64,000 nt of DNA from an uncultured bacterium (GTDB taxonomy: Bacteria > Krumholzibacteriota > Krumholzibacteriia > JACNKJ01), in the NCBI GenBank assembly GCA_964399495.1, contig CAYNQX010000015.1, positions 7,380 to 71,379 on the forward strand, written 5' to 3'. The notes under the pieces were generated by a model. The model had not been told where the DNA came from. It did no database searches and saw only the letters and a program-made list of their open reading frames with translations. Position numbers and translations under genes: made by a program. Positions 17,759 to 27,153 of this stretch are shown piece by piece (within the stretch, counting starts at the first letter, position 1; each line of letters starts with the position of its first letter).

Positions 17759-19898
17759 CCAGCTTCGTCAGCGCCGAATCGCCCCGGCTCGTCAGCACCA
17801 CCGGAATCCCGCAGCCGACGATGGCGCCGGCCGCGCTCAGCCCGCTCGAAACCGTGAGCGACTTGTAGACGCTGTTGCCCGAGTCGATGCCGGGCATTAT
17901 CAGGACGTCGGCGTTGCCCTGGATCTCCCCCCCAAAGCCCTTCTCCTCGGCGATGGCCGGGTCGACGGCCACGTCGAAACTCAAAGGCCCTTCCACCAGA
18001 CAGTCCGTGCGCTCCTCGTAGAGGGCCGCGATCTCGGCGGCCTCCACCGAGCTCTCGATGCGGGGGTTCACCTTTTCGATGGCGCTGATCACGGCCACCT
18101 TCGGCCGCGGCAGGTTGAGGCTGCGCGCCACGAAGAGCGCGTTCTCGAGGATGCGCTGCTTCGCGCGCTTGTCGGGCTCGATGTTGATGCCCGCGTCGCT
18201 GAGCAGCAGCAGCTTGCCGTCCTCGGGGCGATGGAACACCGCCACGTGGCTGAACAGCGCGCCCGGCTCCAGCCGGTCGTTGGCCTTGAGCCAGCGGAAG
18301 GTGGGCGCGAGGATCTCCTCGGTCTTCACCGAGCCCTTCATCAGCACCTGGCAGCGGCCCTGCTCGTACAGATCGAGGCAGTCGGCCACGGGATCTTCGG
18401 AGGGCACGAGCTCGAAGTCCTCGTCGGGCAGGCGCAGGCCGACTTCGGCCGCCAGCTTGCGGGTGCGCGCTTCGTCCCCCACCAGCAGGAAGCGGGCGAT
18501 CTTGTACTCGCCCTCCTCGGTGGCGCGGCGGGCGGCCTCGAGCGCGTCGTCGTTGTCGGAGCCCGCGATGGCGATGGTCGGACGGAAGAAGCGGTTCACC
18601 TGGCTCCGCGTCGCCTGGATCAGCTCCTCCAGGTTGCGGATCGGGCTGCCCGAGCGACGGCGCAGGATCGGCTTCTTGAAGACCGGCTGGTCGATGCGCA
18701 GGTCCTCGTGGCGCCGGTAGGCGTGGAGCATGTCGCGCTCCTCTTCATACTGACGAAGGCACGAGGGATCGAGCAGCGCGCGGGCCATGCCGGCCGCCAG
18801 GCTCTCCTGCTCGGCGCTGCCCGGCACGCGCACGATCGGCAGCAACCCGCCCACCTTGCGCTCGATCAGTTCCACCAGCTCCTCGCTGCGCGACAGGCCG
18901 CCTGTGAGCACGACGTAGTCCGGCCGGCCCCAGCCGGCGGCGCAGGAGAGCACGCCCTCGGCGATCTTCTGCGCGAAGAAGCGCAGCAGCAGGTCGATCT
19001 TGGCCGCCTGCTCCTGGGTGGCGCCGTGCTCGCGGAAGTCGAGCAGGGTCTTGAAGTCGTTGGTGCCGGCCAGCGCCAGCAGGCCGCCGTCCTTGAACAC
19101 GCCGCGGTGCAGCTCGTCGAGGCCGACGCGGTGGTCCTGGAGGGAGAGGATGAGGTCGTGCACCGGCAGCGCGCCGCTGCGGTTCATCGAGGGCAGGCCG
19201 CTGAAGGCGTTGATGACCCGCACGGCCTTGCCGCGGTGGTGGCGCAGCAGCGAGATGCCGCCGCCCAGGTGGGCGCTGACCACGCTGGCCTCGTCCGGGT
19301 CGATGCCGAACTCCCAGGCGCTCAGGCGCACGACGGCGCGGTGGTTGAGGTAGTGCGCGCTGCTGCCGTCGGTCTTGAAGGCGGGCAGGCCGGTCATGCG
19401 GCTCTCGATCTCGACCTCGTCGATGACCGGCGGATCCGTGATGGTGATGGGGATGTCCCTGTCCCCCATGTCGCCGAGGTCCTTGAGGGCCTGGGCGATC
19501 GGCACGGCCATGTTGGAGGCGTGGCGCAGGCGCGGATTGGCGAGATCCTCGAGCAGGGCCTCGCTGATGGGATAGGTGCCGCCGGGCACCGGGCGCAGCA
19601 GGCCGCCGCGGGCCGCGATGCCGTCGAGGGCGTGCAGGTCGATGCCCTCGTCGGCCAGCCAGCGCAGGATCAGCCCCGCGCGCTCCTCGGCGGTGTCCTC
19701 CGCGGCCGGGTCGAGATGCACCTCGAAGTCCGAGTGCTTCTCCAGGCCCTCGAAGTAGGAGACCTTCGTGGTGGTGGAGCCCGGATTGATCACCAGGATG
19801 CGATAGCCCTCCTCGGCCAGACGCGGGGCCAGTTCGTTGCCGAGGAGGCGCCGGAACAGCTCCAGGGGGGGCATCTTGCGCAGGTGGAGGGTCTTCAT
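17700..19898 (-). CDS. buk: Butyrate kinase - phosphate butyryltransferase fusion (732 aa)
   Basis: Buk motifs ILVINPGSTTTK, DPPVIDE, AHLGGGIS, GTND, LTGGL; then Ptb/Pta motifs LMKG, SDAGINIEP, EKVNP, EGPLSFD, GNSVYK, VVLTSR in one frame. Confidence 0.9.
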   Translation of the reverse strand: MKTLHLRKMPPLELFRRLLGNELAPRLAEEGYRILVINPGSTTTKVSYFEGLEKHSDFEVHLDPAAEDTAEERAGLILRWLADEGIDLHALDGIAARGGLLRPVPGGTYPISEALLEDLANPRLRHASNMAVPIAQALKDLGDMGDRDIPITITDPPVIDEVEIESRMTGLPAFKTDGSSAHYLNHRAVVRLSAWEFGIDPDEASVVSAHLGGGISLLRHHRGKAVRVINAFSGLPSMNRSGALPVHDLILSLQDHRVGLDELHRGVFKDGGLLALAGTNDFKTLLDFREHGATQEQAAKIDLLLRFFAQKIAEGVLSCAAGWGRPDYVVLTGGLSRSEELVELIERKVGGLLPIVRVPGSAEQESLAAGMARALLDPSCLRQYEEERDMLHAYRRHEDLRIDQPVFKKPILRRRSGSPIRNLEELIQATRSQVNRFFRPTIAIAGSDNDDALEAARRATEEGEYKIARFLLVGDEARTRKLAAEVGLRLPDEDFELVPSEDPVADCLDLYEQGRCQVLMKGSVKTEEILAPTFRWLKANDRLEPGALFSHVAVFHRPEDGKLLLLSDAGINIEPDKRAKQRILENALFVARSLNLPRPKVAVISAIEKVNPRIESSVEAAEIAALYEERTDCLVEGPLSFDVAVDPAIAEEKGFGGEIQGNADVLIMPGIDSGNSVYKSLTVSSGLSAAGAIVGCGIPVVLTSRGDSALTKLASLSLSLRLFFQRRQESES

Positions 19899-19940
19899 GC
19901 CGACAAGGTACTCAGCCCGGTTCAGCAGGCAAGCCCAAAG

Positions 19941-20005
19941 GCTCCGCGAATGCCCCCGGACGCTTCGCACGGACGTGAGGCGCTATCCGGGGGCATTCGC
20001 TCCGC
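19941..20005 (+). repeat. REP-like hairpin unit, copy C
   Basis: Perfect 15-bp stem GCGAATGCCCCCGGA/TCCGGGGGCATTCGC; loop CGCTTCGCACGGACGTGAGGCGCTA. Confidence 0.85.
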
Positions 20006-20049
20006 CGGATTGGCGAGGCCGTCCCGTCGAGTCCCCCCGGGAGGACATG

Positions 20050-20076
20050 AAAAACCCCCGCCAGATCGGCGGGGGC
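20050..20076 (-). terminator. Intrinsic terminator downstream of C25 protease 1
   Basis: AAAAACCCCCGCC-AGATC-GGCGGGGG hairpin with a U-tract on the minus strand. Confidence 0.65.
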
Positions 20077-20092
20077 TTCGTTCTTCGAGCCC

Positions 20093-20157
20093 GCGGAGCA
20101 AACTCTCTCGGAAAGCGCCTCACGTCCGTGCGAAGCGTCCGAGAGAGTTTGCGGAGC
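20093..20157 (-). repeat. REP-like hairpin unit, copy D (inverted relative to C)
   Basis: Minus strand GCTCCGC, stem GCAAACTCTCTCGGA/TCCGAGAGAGTTTGC, same conserved loop. Confidence 0.85.
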
Positions 20158-20158
20158 A

Positions 20159-23100
20159 CTATTTCAGGAGCACGGCCTTGCCGGCCAGTCTCGTGTCGTC
20201 GGTGACCAACCGGTAGAAGTACACACCGGAACCGACCTGCGAACCGCGGTCGTCGCGGCCGTCCCAGTCGACGGCGCTGGCGCCGGCGGGCATCGTCGCG
20301 CCGCTCAGCAGCGTGCGGACCCTGCGGCCCTGCGTGTCGTAGACCGTCAGCTCCACCATCGCCGCCGCGGGCAGCTCGAAGCGGAGCGTGGTCTTGGGGT
20401 TGAAGGGGTTGGGCGAGGCCGCCAGCAGGCGCGCCCGCGTGGGCAGGGCCTCGGGCAGTTCGGTCATGGTGGGGTCGGCGAAGCCGGCGAGTATGAACTC
20501 GTCGACGCCGGCCTCCACCACCGAGCCGCTGCCCTCGTCCGCCGCGATGAAGCGGAACTGCACGGTGCTGGTGAGCTCGATGTAGTCGTCGAGCAGGAAG
20601 CTCACGAGCTGCCAGCTACGTTCGCTCGCGCTCGTGTTCTCCAGGTCCACCCAGTTCACGCCGTCGCCCGTCACCTGCACCTGCCAGATGTCGCTGCCCG
20701 GGTTGTTGCCGGTGTCGTTGGTGTACCAGCGACGGTAGCTCGCCGTCACCGCCAGCGAGGTCGACAGGTCGAAGACCGGGCTCATCAGCGTGGTCTTGCC
20801 GCCGTCCACGTCGTCGGCGCCCTGGGCGCCCGTCTCGGCGTTGCCGGTGATGAAGCAGAGCGTGCCGTCGGTGGACGCGTCGTCCTCGGGCTGCACCTGC
20901 TCGGCACCCTCAATTACACCCACCGGGTCCACCCGCACCCAGAGGCCGGTGGTGGCGTCGTCACCCGTGTCCCCCACCGTCCAGCCGGCGGCGACTTCCA
21001 TGTCCTCGTCCTCCACCGTCACGGCCATGAGCACCCAGAAGCTGTAGTACTCGTTCATGAGCATGGGGTCGCGGCTCGCGTTGCCGGCGATATCCTCGGA
21101 CTCGATCCAGTAGCGCACCATCGTGTTGACCCCCTGGCCGGGAATCTCCGCGCGGCAGAGGCCGGTGAGCGAGTTCACGAGGATCAGGGGAATCTCGACG
21201 CCCGGGCCGCCGTCCAGCGCGTAGTAGCAGCGCGAGCTGGTGATGGTGGAGAAGTCGTTGATGAAGGTCTCGACCACGTAGGGTCCCATGGCGTCGTCCG
21301 TGTGGGGCAGCACCGTCGTGCTCTCGATGTAGGGGCCGAGGATGTCGTCGAGCGCGAAGTTTTGCGTGGTCGTGATGTCCTCGATCACCGAGACGCCCGG
21401 GATCGACACCGGCGCGAAGCTCTCGTGCTCGGCCGTCACCGTGTAGACGCCCTCCTGCACGGGACCGGTGTAGTTGCCGGCGCCGTCGCTGAGGAAGGTC
21501 TGACCGGTCTCCACGATACGGACGCTCACGCCCGCCACCGGCGTGCCGCCGTTGCTCACGTTGCTCACGTATCCCTGAAGGGTGCCGGCCTGGAGCACGG
21601 TCACCAGCACGTCCTCCACGTGGGTGAGACGGTTGAAGCCGCTCACCGTGAGTGTGGCGTACTGACCGGGATCGGGCAGGTCGCCTTCGATGGCGATCTC
21701 CGCCAGGCCCGTGCCGTCCGCGAAGGCGGAACCGACGAACTGGCCGCCGTTGCTCAGCGCCACGAGGTTGCCCGGCTCCGTGTTCACCGAGAAGGTGGGC
21801 AGCAACGGATCGATGAGGCCGATATGGCTGGCGCTCACCGTCGCCGGCGAGTCCGTGCGCACGCGCAGACTCGGATCGCCGAAGATGGTCCAGAACTTCA
21901 TCTCGTTCTCGCCGCTGGAGCCGTACTCGTCGACCATCTGGCAGGCGCCGTTCACGCTGAGGCCGCCGAAGGTACGCTTCGCACCCGACACGAGCAGGTC
22001 GATGGTCTCGTCCTGCGCGCACATGGGCGGCGCCCAGCTCATGCTGATGGTCGAACCGTAGAATCCGATGGCGCCCGTGGGCTCGCCGCCGTTGGTCGCG
22101 CGCATCCAGGCCTCGCCGAAGCAGGTGCCGCTCTGGAACTCGCCCGTGTTGCAGGCCACGCTCGAGATGAAGGGGAGCATGTTGTCGTTGCTGAGCGCGT
22201 TCACGTGGGTGTTACTGTAGCCCGTGGAGCCCCAGCTCGTCAGCGAGCCGTGACCGCAGTAGTTGATGATGCTGCGGCCGTCGTTCAGGGCGTTCGTCAC
22301 CATGGCGGCCGTGCCGCCGTTGGTGTCGTAGATCTGGTCGACCAGCGTGTAGGTGAAGGCCAGGAGCTTGCCGCGGATCACGTCCATGTGCTCCCAGTCC
22401 GCCTCGCCGTCGTCGCCGATGCCCGAGCCCTCGGCCGAGGCGATGCCGACGCCCTGGTGATACCAGGCCGCGCCGGACTGCGGATCGCGCTCGTACTCCA
22501 CGCTGCGTTCGACCTGGGTCACCACCTGGGCGGCCGTCTCGGCGGAGAAGCGGCCCACGAACACTTCGGGGTAGGAATCGGCGCCGGCCAGGAAGCCGTA
22601 GCTCGGGTCCGACGCGCCGCCGTTGTTGTAGTAGGGAATCTGCGCGACGTCGCCCACCAGCACCACGAAGCACAGGCCCTCGGTGTCGTAGAGGTTCTGG
22701 ATGTAGGCCTTGATCTGTGTCGCCGTGGCGCCGACCTCGCTCACGTTCACGTGAGTGGTCGGAATGCCCATCTGATTCTTCCAGTCCACGAAGGGCTGGG
22801 CCGCCGAGTAGAAGGCGTCGTAGCTGATCACCAGCATCGACCCGACCTCGGGAATGCTCACGTAGCGGTCGCCCATCGCGCCCGCGCTGTTCAGGTAATG
22901 GGTCGAGTAGATCGACTCGAACTCCTGCACCGGCGCGGCCGGCTTGTGTGTGAGCACGTTCACGCGGCCGGGACCGTCGGCGAACACCTCCACCGTGAGG
23001 CTCGTCGTCACCTCGAGGGTGCTCGTGGCCGGGTGGTAGCGGAAGGGGTTCATCGCCAGGACGACGCCGCGCGTATCGCGCATGATGTAGGGCGTGTCCA

Positions 23101-23566
23101 GGTTCGCCGTGCGCTCGGGATACCACGCGTCGCCGGAGTAGAACGGATCGAAGGCGTAGCTCACCATCTCCGGGTCGACGTTGCGCAAAATGTTGCCCTT
23201 GCTGGGCGCCACGTCGAGCCCTGCGAAGGAGCGGGTCTCACTGTCGATGACGCGCAGGGTCATGGCCGCGTCGTCGGGGATGCGCAGCGATTCGCGGATC
23301 GTCGGCAGGGCCGGCAGGCCGCGCTCCATGTGCAGGGCGCGGGAGCCGAGCGTCACGGCCTGGTAGCCGCGGCCGTCGATCTCGACGTCGTTCAGATCGA
23401 AGTGGTGGATCTCCAGGCGCAGCAGGGTGCGTTCGGGAGTCGACTGGAGCACTTGAATGTCGAAAGCATCCGCGTTCGCGCTCAGCTCGATCCTCTGTCC
23501 GGCGAAGGCCGGCGAAGTGGAGAGCAGGAGCAGCGCCGCGAGGAGGAGCAGCGGCAGTCTCTTCAT
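20159..23566 (-). CDS. C25 (gingipain-like) cysteine peptidase 1 with propeptide, C25_C, carboxypeptidase-regulatory-like and further Ig/jelly-roll domains and FlgD-Ig/T9SS-type C-terminal domain (1135 aa)
   Basis: Signal peptide; propeptide GLPALPTIRESL..PSKG; FVDWKNQMG, VFVGRFS; catalytic His in NYCGHGS and Cys in SVACNTG; tail PNPFNPKT...WDGRDDRG...SGVYFY...LLK. Confidence 0.92.
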   Translation of the reverse strand: MKRLPLLLLAALLLLSTSPAFAGQRIELSANADAFDIQVLQSTPERTLLRLEIHHFDLNDVEIDGRGYQAVTLGSRALHMERGLPALPTIRESLRIPDDAAMTLRVIDSETRSFAGLDVAPSKGNILRNVDPEMVSYAFDPFYSGDAWYPERTANLDTPYIMRDTRGVVLAMNPFRYHPATSTLEVTTSLTVEVFADGPGRVNVLTHKPAAPVQEFESIYSTHYLNSAGAMGDRYVSIPEVGSMLVISYDAFYSAAQPFVDWKNQMGIPTTHVNVSEVGATATQIKAYIQNLYDTEGLCFVVLVGDVAQIPYYNNGGASDPSYGFLAGADSYPEVFVGRFSAETAAQVVTQVERSVEYERDPQSGAAWYHQGVGIASAEGSGIGDDGEADWEHMDVIRGKLLAFTYTLVDQIYDTNGGTAAMVTNALNDGRSIINYCGHGSLTSWGSTGYSNTHVNALSNDNMLPFISSVACNTGEFQSGTCFGEAWMRATNGGEPTGAIGFYGSTISMSWAPPMCAQDETIDLLVSGAKRTFGGLSVNGACQMVDEYGSSGENEMKFWTIFGDPSLRVRTDSPATVSASHIGLIDPLLPTFSVNTEPGNLVALSNGGQFVGSAFADGTGLAEIAIEGDLPDPGQYATLTVSGFNRLTHVEDVLVTVLQAGTLQGYVSNVSNGGTPVAGVSVRIVETGQTFLSDGAGNYTGPVQEGVYTVTAEHESFAPVSIPGVSVIEDITTTQNFALDDILGPYIESTTVLPHTDDAMGPYVVETFINDFSTITSSRCYYALDGGPGVEIPLILVNSLTGLCRAEIPGQGVNTMVRYWIESEDIAGNASRDPMLMNEYYSFWVLMAVTVEDEDMEVAAGWTVGDTGDDATTGLWVRVDPVGVIEGAEQVQPEDDASTDGTLCFITGNAETGAQGADDVDGGKTTLMSPVFDLSTSLAVTASYRRWYTNDTGNNPGSDIWQVQVTGDGVNWVDLENTSASERSWQLVSFLLDDYIELTSTVQFRFIAADEGSGSVVEAGVDEFILAGFADPTMTELPEALPTRARLLAASPNPFNPKTTLRFELPAAAMVELTVYDTQGRRVRTLLSGATMPAGASAVDWDGRDDRGSQVGSGVYFYRLVTDDTRLAGKAVLLK

Positions 23567-23668
23567 GGGTAGTCTCCCTCGTGTCGGCGCCGCGCATTCG
23601 GCACCGAAGCCCAATTCCAGACAATTCTATCAGAAAAGGCGCTCCACACACCACTCCTCTGCGCGCAA

Positions 23669-23735
23669 GCTCCGCAAACTCTCCCGAACGCTTCACACGC
23701 AGACGTGAGGCGCTTTTCGGGAGAGTTTGCTCCGC
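23669..23735 (+). repeat. REP-like hairpin unit, copy E
   Basis: Perfect 15-bp stem GCAAACTCTCCCGAA/TTCGGGAGAGTTTGC; loop CGCTTCACACGCAGACGTGAGGCGCTT. Confidence 0.85.
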
Positions 23736-23763
23736 CGGGTGCGAATCCACCCGGGGGGACACA

Positions 23764-23792
23764 AAAAACCCCCACCGGAATCGGCGGGGGTT
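23764..23792 (-). terminator. Intrinsic terminator downstream of C25 protease 2
   Basis: AAAAAACCCCCACCG-GAAT-CGGCGGGGGTT hairpin with a U-tract on the minus strand. Confidence 0.65.
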
Positions 23793-23805
23793 CAATTTCG
23801 AGCTA

Positions 23806-23880
23806 GCGGAGGTGAGGGTCACTCGGGCGCCTCGGAGCGAGTCTTCGAGCGAGGCGAAGCCCGATGGCCCTCACCGGAGC
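23806..23880 (-). repeat. REP-like unit, long-loop variant, copy F
   Basis: Minus strand GCTCCG-GTGAGGGCCATCGG-GCTTCG..CTCGAAGACTCG..GAGGCGC-CCGAGTGACCCTCAC-CTCCGC. Confidence 0.7.
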
Positions 23881-23881
23881 G

Positions 23882-26158
23882 CTACTTCAGGAGCATCATC
23901 TTCTTAGTCTCGCTGAGCTCGTCGCTCTGGAGCTTGTAGAAGTAGATGCCGCTGCCGACGCTGTGGCCGGCGTCATCCTTGCCGTTCCAGACCACGCTGT
24001 GCTGGCCGGCGGCCATGTCGCCCGACTGCAGCGTGCGGACGTGCTGGCCGGTGGCGCTGAATACGTCCAGGGCAACCTCACCCGCGTTCGGCAGGGCGAA
24101 GTTGATCGTGGTCTTGGGGTTGAAGGGGTTCGGGAAGTTCTGACCCAGCGCGAAGGCGCTCGGAGCGAACTCGTCCACCGGCGTCAGGTCGGCGATCACC
24201 TCGACCGAGGCCAGGTAGGTGACCCGGTTGAAGTTGCTCACGACCACGTCGAGGTCGGCCTCGACGAGGCTGCGGGAGAAGGTCACCACGGCCGTGCCGC
24301 TGCCGTTCGCCACCGCGGAGCCGACGAACTCGCCGTCCTGGCTCAGGCCCACCAGGGCGCCGGCCTCGGACTGCACGGTGAAGCTGCTCGCGTCGAGCTG
24401 GATCGAGGCGTCGTGGCTCACGGCCATGGAGCCGGGCGCCGCGGTGCGGACGCGCATGCTCGGGTCGCCGAAGATCGTCCAGTTCTTGAACTCGGTGCGG
24501 CCGTTGCCGCCGTACTCGTCCATCATCTGGCAGGAGCCGTTGAAGAAGAGACCGCCGATGGTGCGCTTCTCCTCGGCCACGAGCAGGTCGGTGATCTCGT
24601 CCTGGCCGCACATGGGCGGCGCCCACTGCTGGTTCACGGTGGAGGCGTACATGGCGACGGCGCCCGAGGGCTCGCCGCCGTTGCTGGCGCGCAGCCAGGC
24701 CTCGGCGAAGCAGGTCGCGCTCGGGAAGTTGCCGTTCACGCAGGCCACCGACACGATGAAGGGCAGCATGTTGTCGTTGGTGAGCTGGTTCACGTTGGTG
24801 TTGTTGAAGCCGCTCGTCGACCAGGCCTGGGTGCTGCCGTGGCCGGTGTAGTTCATGAAGCCGCGACCCTCGTTCACCGCGTTGCGCACGGCAGTGGCGG
24901 AAACGCCGGTGTTCGGGTAGAAGCGATCCACCTCGGTGTAGGTGAAGCCGAGCAGATCCAGACGGATGTTGTCCTGGTGCTGCCAGTCGGCCTCGCCGTC
25001 GTCCCCGTAACCGGCGCCCTCGCTGGAGCCGATGCCGGAGCCCTTGGCGAACCAGTCGGAGCCGGCGACCGCGTCGCGCTCGTACTCGATCGCCTTGGTC
25101 ACCTGGTTGGTGACCTCGCTCGTGTTGGTGGCGCTCATGCGGCCCACGAAGGCCTCGGGGTAGTCGTCGCTGCCGGCCAGGAGGCCCAGCATCGGATCGG
25201 ACGCGCCGCCGTCGTTCATGTTGTAGGGAACCTGGGGGCCGTCGCCGATGAGCAGTACGTAGCAGACGCCCTCGGTGTCGTAGGCGTTCTGCACGTAGCT
25301 CTTGAGCTGGCCGCCGGTGGAGCCGGCGGTGCTCACGGGAACCATGGTCGTGGGCACGCCCATCTGGTTCTTCCAGTCCACCAGGGGCTGCGTGGCGCCC
25401 ATGAAGGCGTCGTAGCAGATCACCAGCATGCTGCCGCCCTCGGGAACGCTCGCGTAGCGGTCGCCGGCCGCGGACGCGGCGCCGTAGTTCAGATAGTGAC
25501 GGTCGAAGATGCGCTCGAACTCGTCCACGCGCTTGGCGGGACGCTGCGTGAGCACGTTCACCTGGCCGGCGCCCGCATCGAACACCTCGACGGTGATCGA
25601 GGTGTAGACGCGCAGGGTCCGGCTGGCCGGGTTGTAGCGGAAGGGATTCACCTCGACCACCATGCCGCGGGTATCGCGCATGATGTAGGGCGCGTCCAGG
25701 GCGGCCACGTCGGCCGGGTACCACTGGTCGCCGCCGTAGAAGGCGTCGAAGCTGTGGCGCACCAGCGCGGGATCCACGTTGCGGGTGAGGCTGCCCTTGG
25801 AGGGCGCCACGTCGATGCCCGAGAGCTCGACGTAATCCGCGTCGACGATCCTCACGCCCATGGCGCGGTCGTCGGGAATCACGATGGATTCGCGCAGGGT
25901 GGGCAGCGCCGGCAGGCCGAGCTCCATGCTCTTGGCGCGGCGGCCCAGGGTGACCGTGCTGTACTGGGCGCCGTCGATGAAGACGGACTCCAGCATGAAG
26001 TCGTTCACCTGATAGTGGATAACGGTGTTGTGCAGGTCGGACTGCAGGACACGGATGTCGTACTGGCTGTCGCTCTTCTGGAGTACCACTTGCTGACCGG
26101 CAAAGGCCGAACCGGCAACAAGAGACAGCATAGCCAGGAGCAGAAACAGTTTTCTCAT
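23882..26158 (-). CDS. C25 (gingipain-like) cysteine peptidase 2 with propeptide, C25_C and FlgD-Ig/T9SS-type C-terminal domain (758 aa)
   Basis: Signal peptide; GLPALPTLRES, LVDWKNQMG, AFVGRMS; NYTGHGS and SVACVNG catalytic motifs; tail QNFPNPFNPKT...SGIYFYKL...KKMMLLK. Confidence 0.92.
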   Translation of the reverse strand: MRKLFLLLAMLSLVAGSAFAGQQVVLQKSDSQYDIRVLQSDLHNTVIHYQVNDFMLESVFIDGAQYSTVTLGRRAKSMELGLPALPTLRESIVIPDDRAMGVRIVDADYVELSGIDVAPSKGSLTRNVDPALVRHSFDAFYGGDQWYPADVAALDAPYIMRDTRGMVVEVNPFRYNPASRTLRVYTSITVEVFDAGAGQVNVLTQRPAKRVDEFERIFDRHYLNYGAASAAGDRYASVPEGGSMLVICYDAFMGATQPLVDWKNQMGVPTTMVPVSTAGSTGGQLKSYVQNAYDTEGVCYVLLIGDGPQVPYNMNDGGASDPMLGLLAGSDDYPEAFVGRMSATNTSEVTNQVTKAIEYERDAVAGSDWFAKGSGIGSSEGAGYGDDGEADWQHQDNIRLDLLGFTYTEVDRFYPNTGVSATAVRNAVNEGRGFMNYTGHGSTQAWSTSGFNNTNVNQLTNDNMLPFIVSVACVNGNFPSATCFAEAWLRASNGGEPSGAVAMYASTVNQQWAPPMCGQDEITDLLVAEEKRTIGGLFFNGSCQMMDEYGGNGRTEFKNWTIFGDPSMRVRTAAPGSMAVSHDASIQLDASSFTVQSEAGALVGLSQDGEFVGSAVANGSGTAVVTFSRSLVEADLDVVVSNFNRVTYLASVEVIADLTPVDEFAPSAFALGQNFPNPFNPKTTINFALPNAGEVALDVFSATGQHVRTLQSGDMAAGQHSVVWNGKDDAGHSVGSGIYFYKLQSDELSETKKMMLLK

Positions 26159-26295
26159 TCCATCCCCCTTCCAAAGGGCTGAGAAAGAGTAGGTCGACCG
26201 AAATTCTGTAAGTGGAAACAGACAGAGATCAGCGGGTCTATGGGGAAAGCTCAATTATACCAGATCGCGCGCGATGGAACAACGGCATTACGAGG

Positions 26296-26330
26296 AAGCC
26301 AACTCCCTCATAAGGAAGGAGTTGGCTTCT
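26296..26330. terminator. Hairpin terminator downstream of the 26371 gene
   Basis: GAAGCCAACTCC-N11-GGAGTTGGCTTC perfect 12-bp stem. Confidence 0.6.
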
Positions 26331-26370
26331 ATTTCTGGTGATTGTGAAAGGAATCTCTTGCGAGGCGACC

Positions 26371-27077
26371 TTAGCAGCCGAGGTAGAGGGCGAGGATCGA
26401 GCCCAGGTAGCTGTCCTCAGTCCCCCGCAACAAGGAGATGATGTCCCGCATCTTCCAGATGCGATACTCGGTGCCGCCGGCGGTCTGCACCGGGATCATG
26501 TGGATCCTAACTCGATCCTGCACCAGCCAGGCGTTGATGTTCGAATCGCCGATGTTGGACTGCAGCGAAAAGTTCATGTACGTCTGGTAGAAGCGTACCT
26601 GGGTGCCCTCGGGGTAGGGATCGCCCTCGACGTGCTGCTCGTCCGCGGGGACCGCCCAGGTTCCCTCCGCCGTGAGATCCAACGAGACGGATTGCACGCC
26701 CGGCACCTCGGAAGCGTCGATGGGATTCGCTCCAGGTTGCCCGGTGAGGAAGTTCTGCATCGTGCCCACCATGCAATCGTAATCGATGGACAACGGGAAG
26801 GTCTGCCCCGGTTCGGCGCCCGACTGATCGAAGTAGAACTTGAAAGGCTCGTAGGTCATCCGGTCATCCGACTCCAGCACGCCGTCGTAGAGGATCTCGT
26901 CGCGCAGGGCGATCCAGTCCTGGGCTTCCATCGCAAGAGGAAGTTCGCCACCACGTTGTCGGGAGTGTCGGCGGAGAGATACTCCACGCCGGGGTCGGTG
27001 ATGCCGTTCTTCTTGTCTTCGAGACAGCCCGTGCTCAGCAGCGAAACCAGAAGCAACGAGACGATCAACCACCGCAT
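26371..27077 (-). pseudogene. Lipoprotein split by an apparent 1-nt deletion (or sequencing error) at about 26939
   Basis: RBS and lipobox MRWLIVSLLLVSLLSTGC...TPDNVVANF in one frame; protein-like continuation LAMEAQDWIALRDEILYDG...TEDSYLGSILALY in the other; one extra base in AACTTCCTCTTGCG joins them into about 235 aa. Confidence 0.75.
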
Positions 27078-27153
27078 GCGTGTATCCTTCCGTTCCGATG
27101 AGAGCCTGGACCCGGAGGGCCCAGGGCTGGGAGTTCTCTGATTGGCGGGCAGC

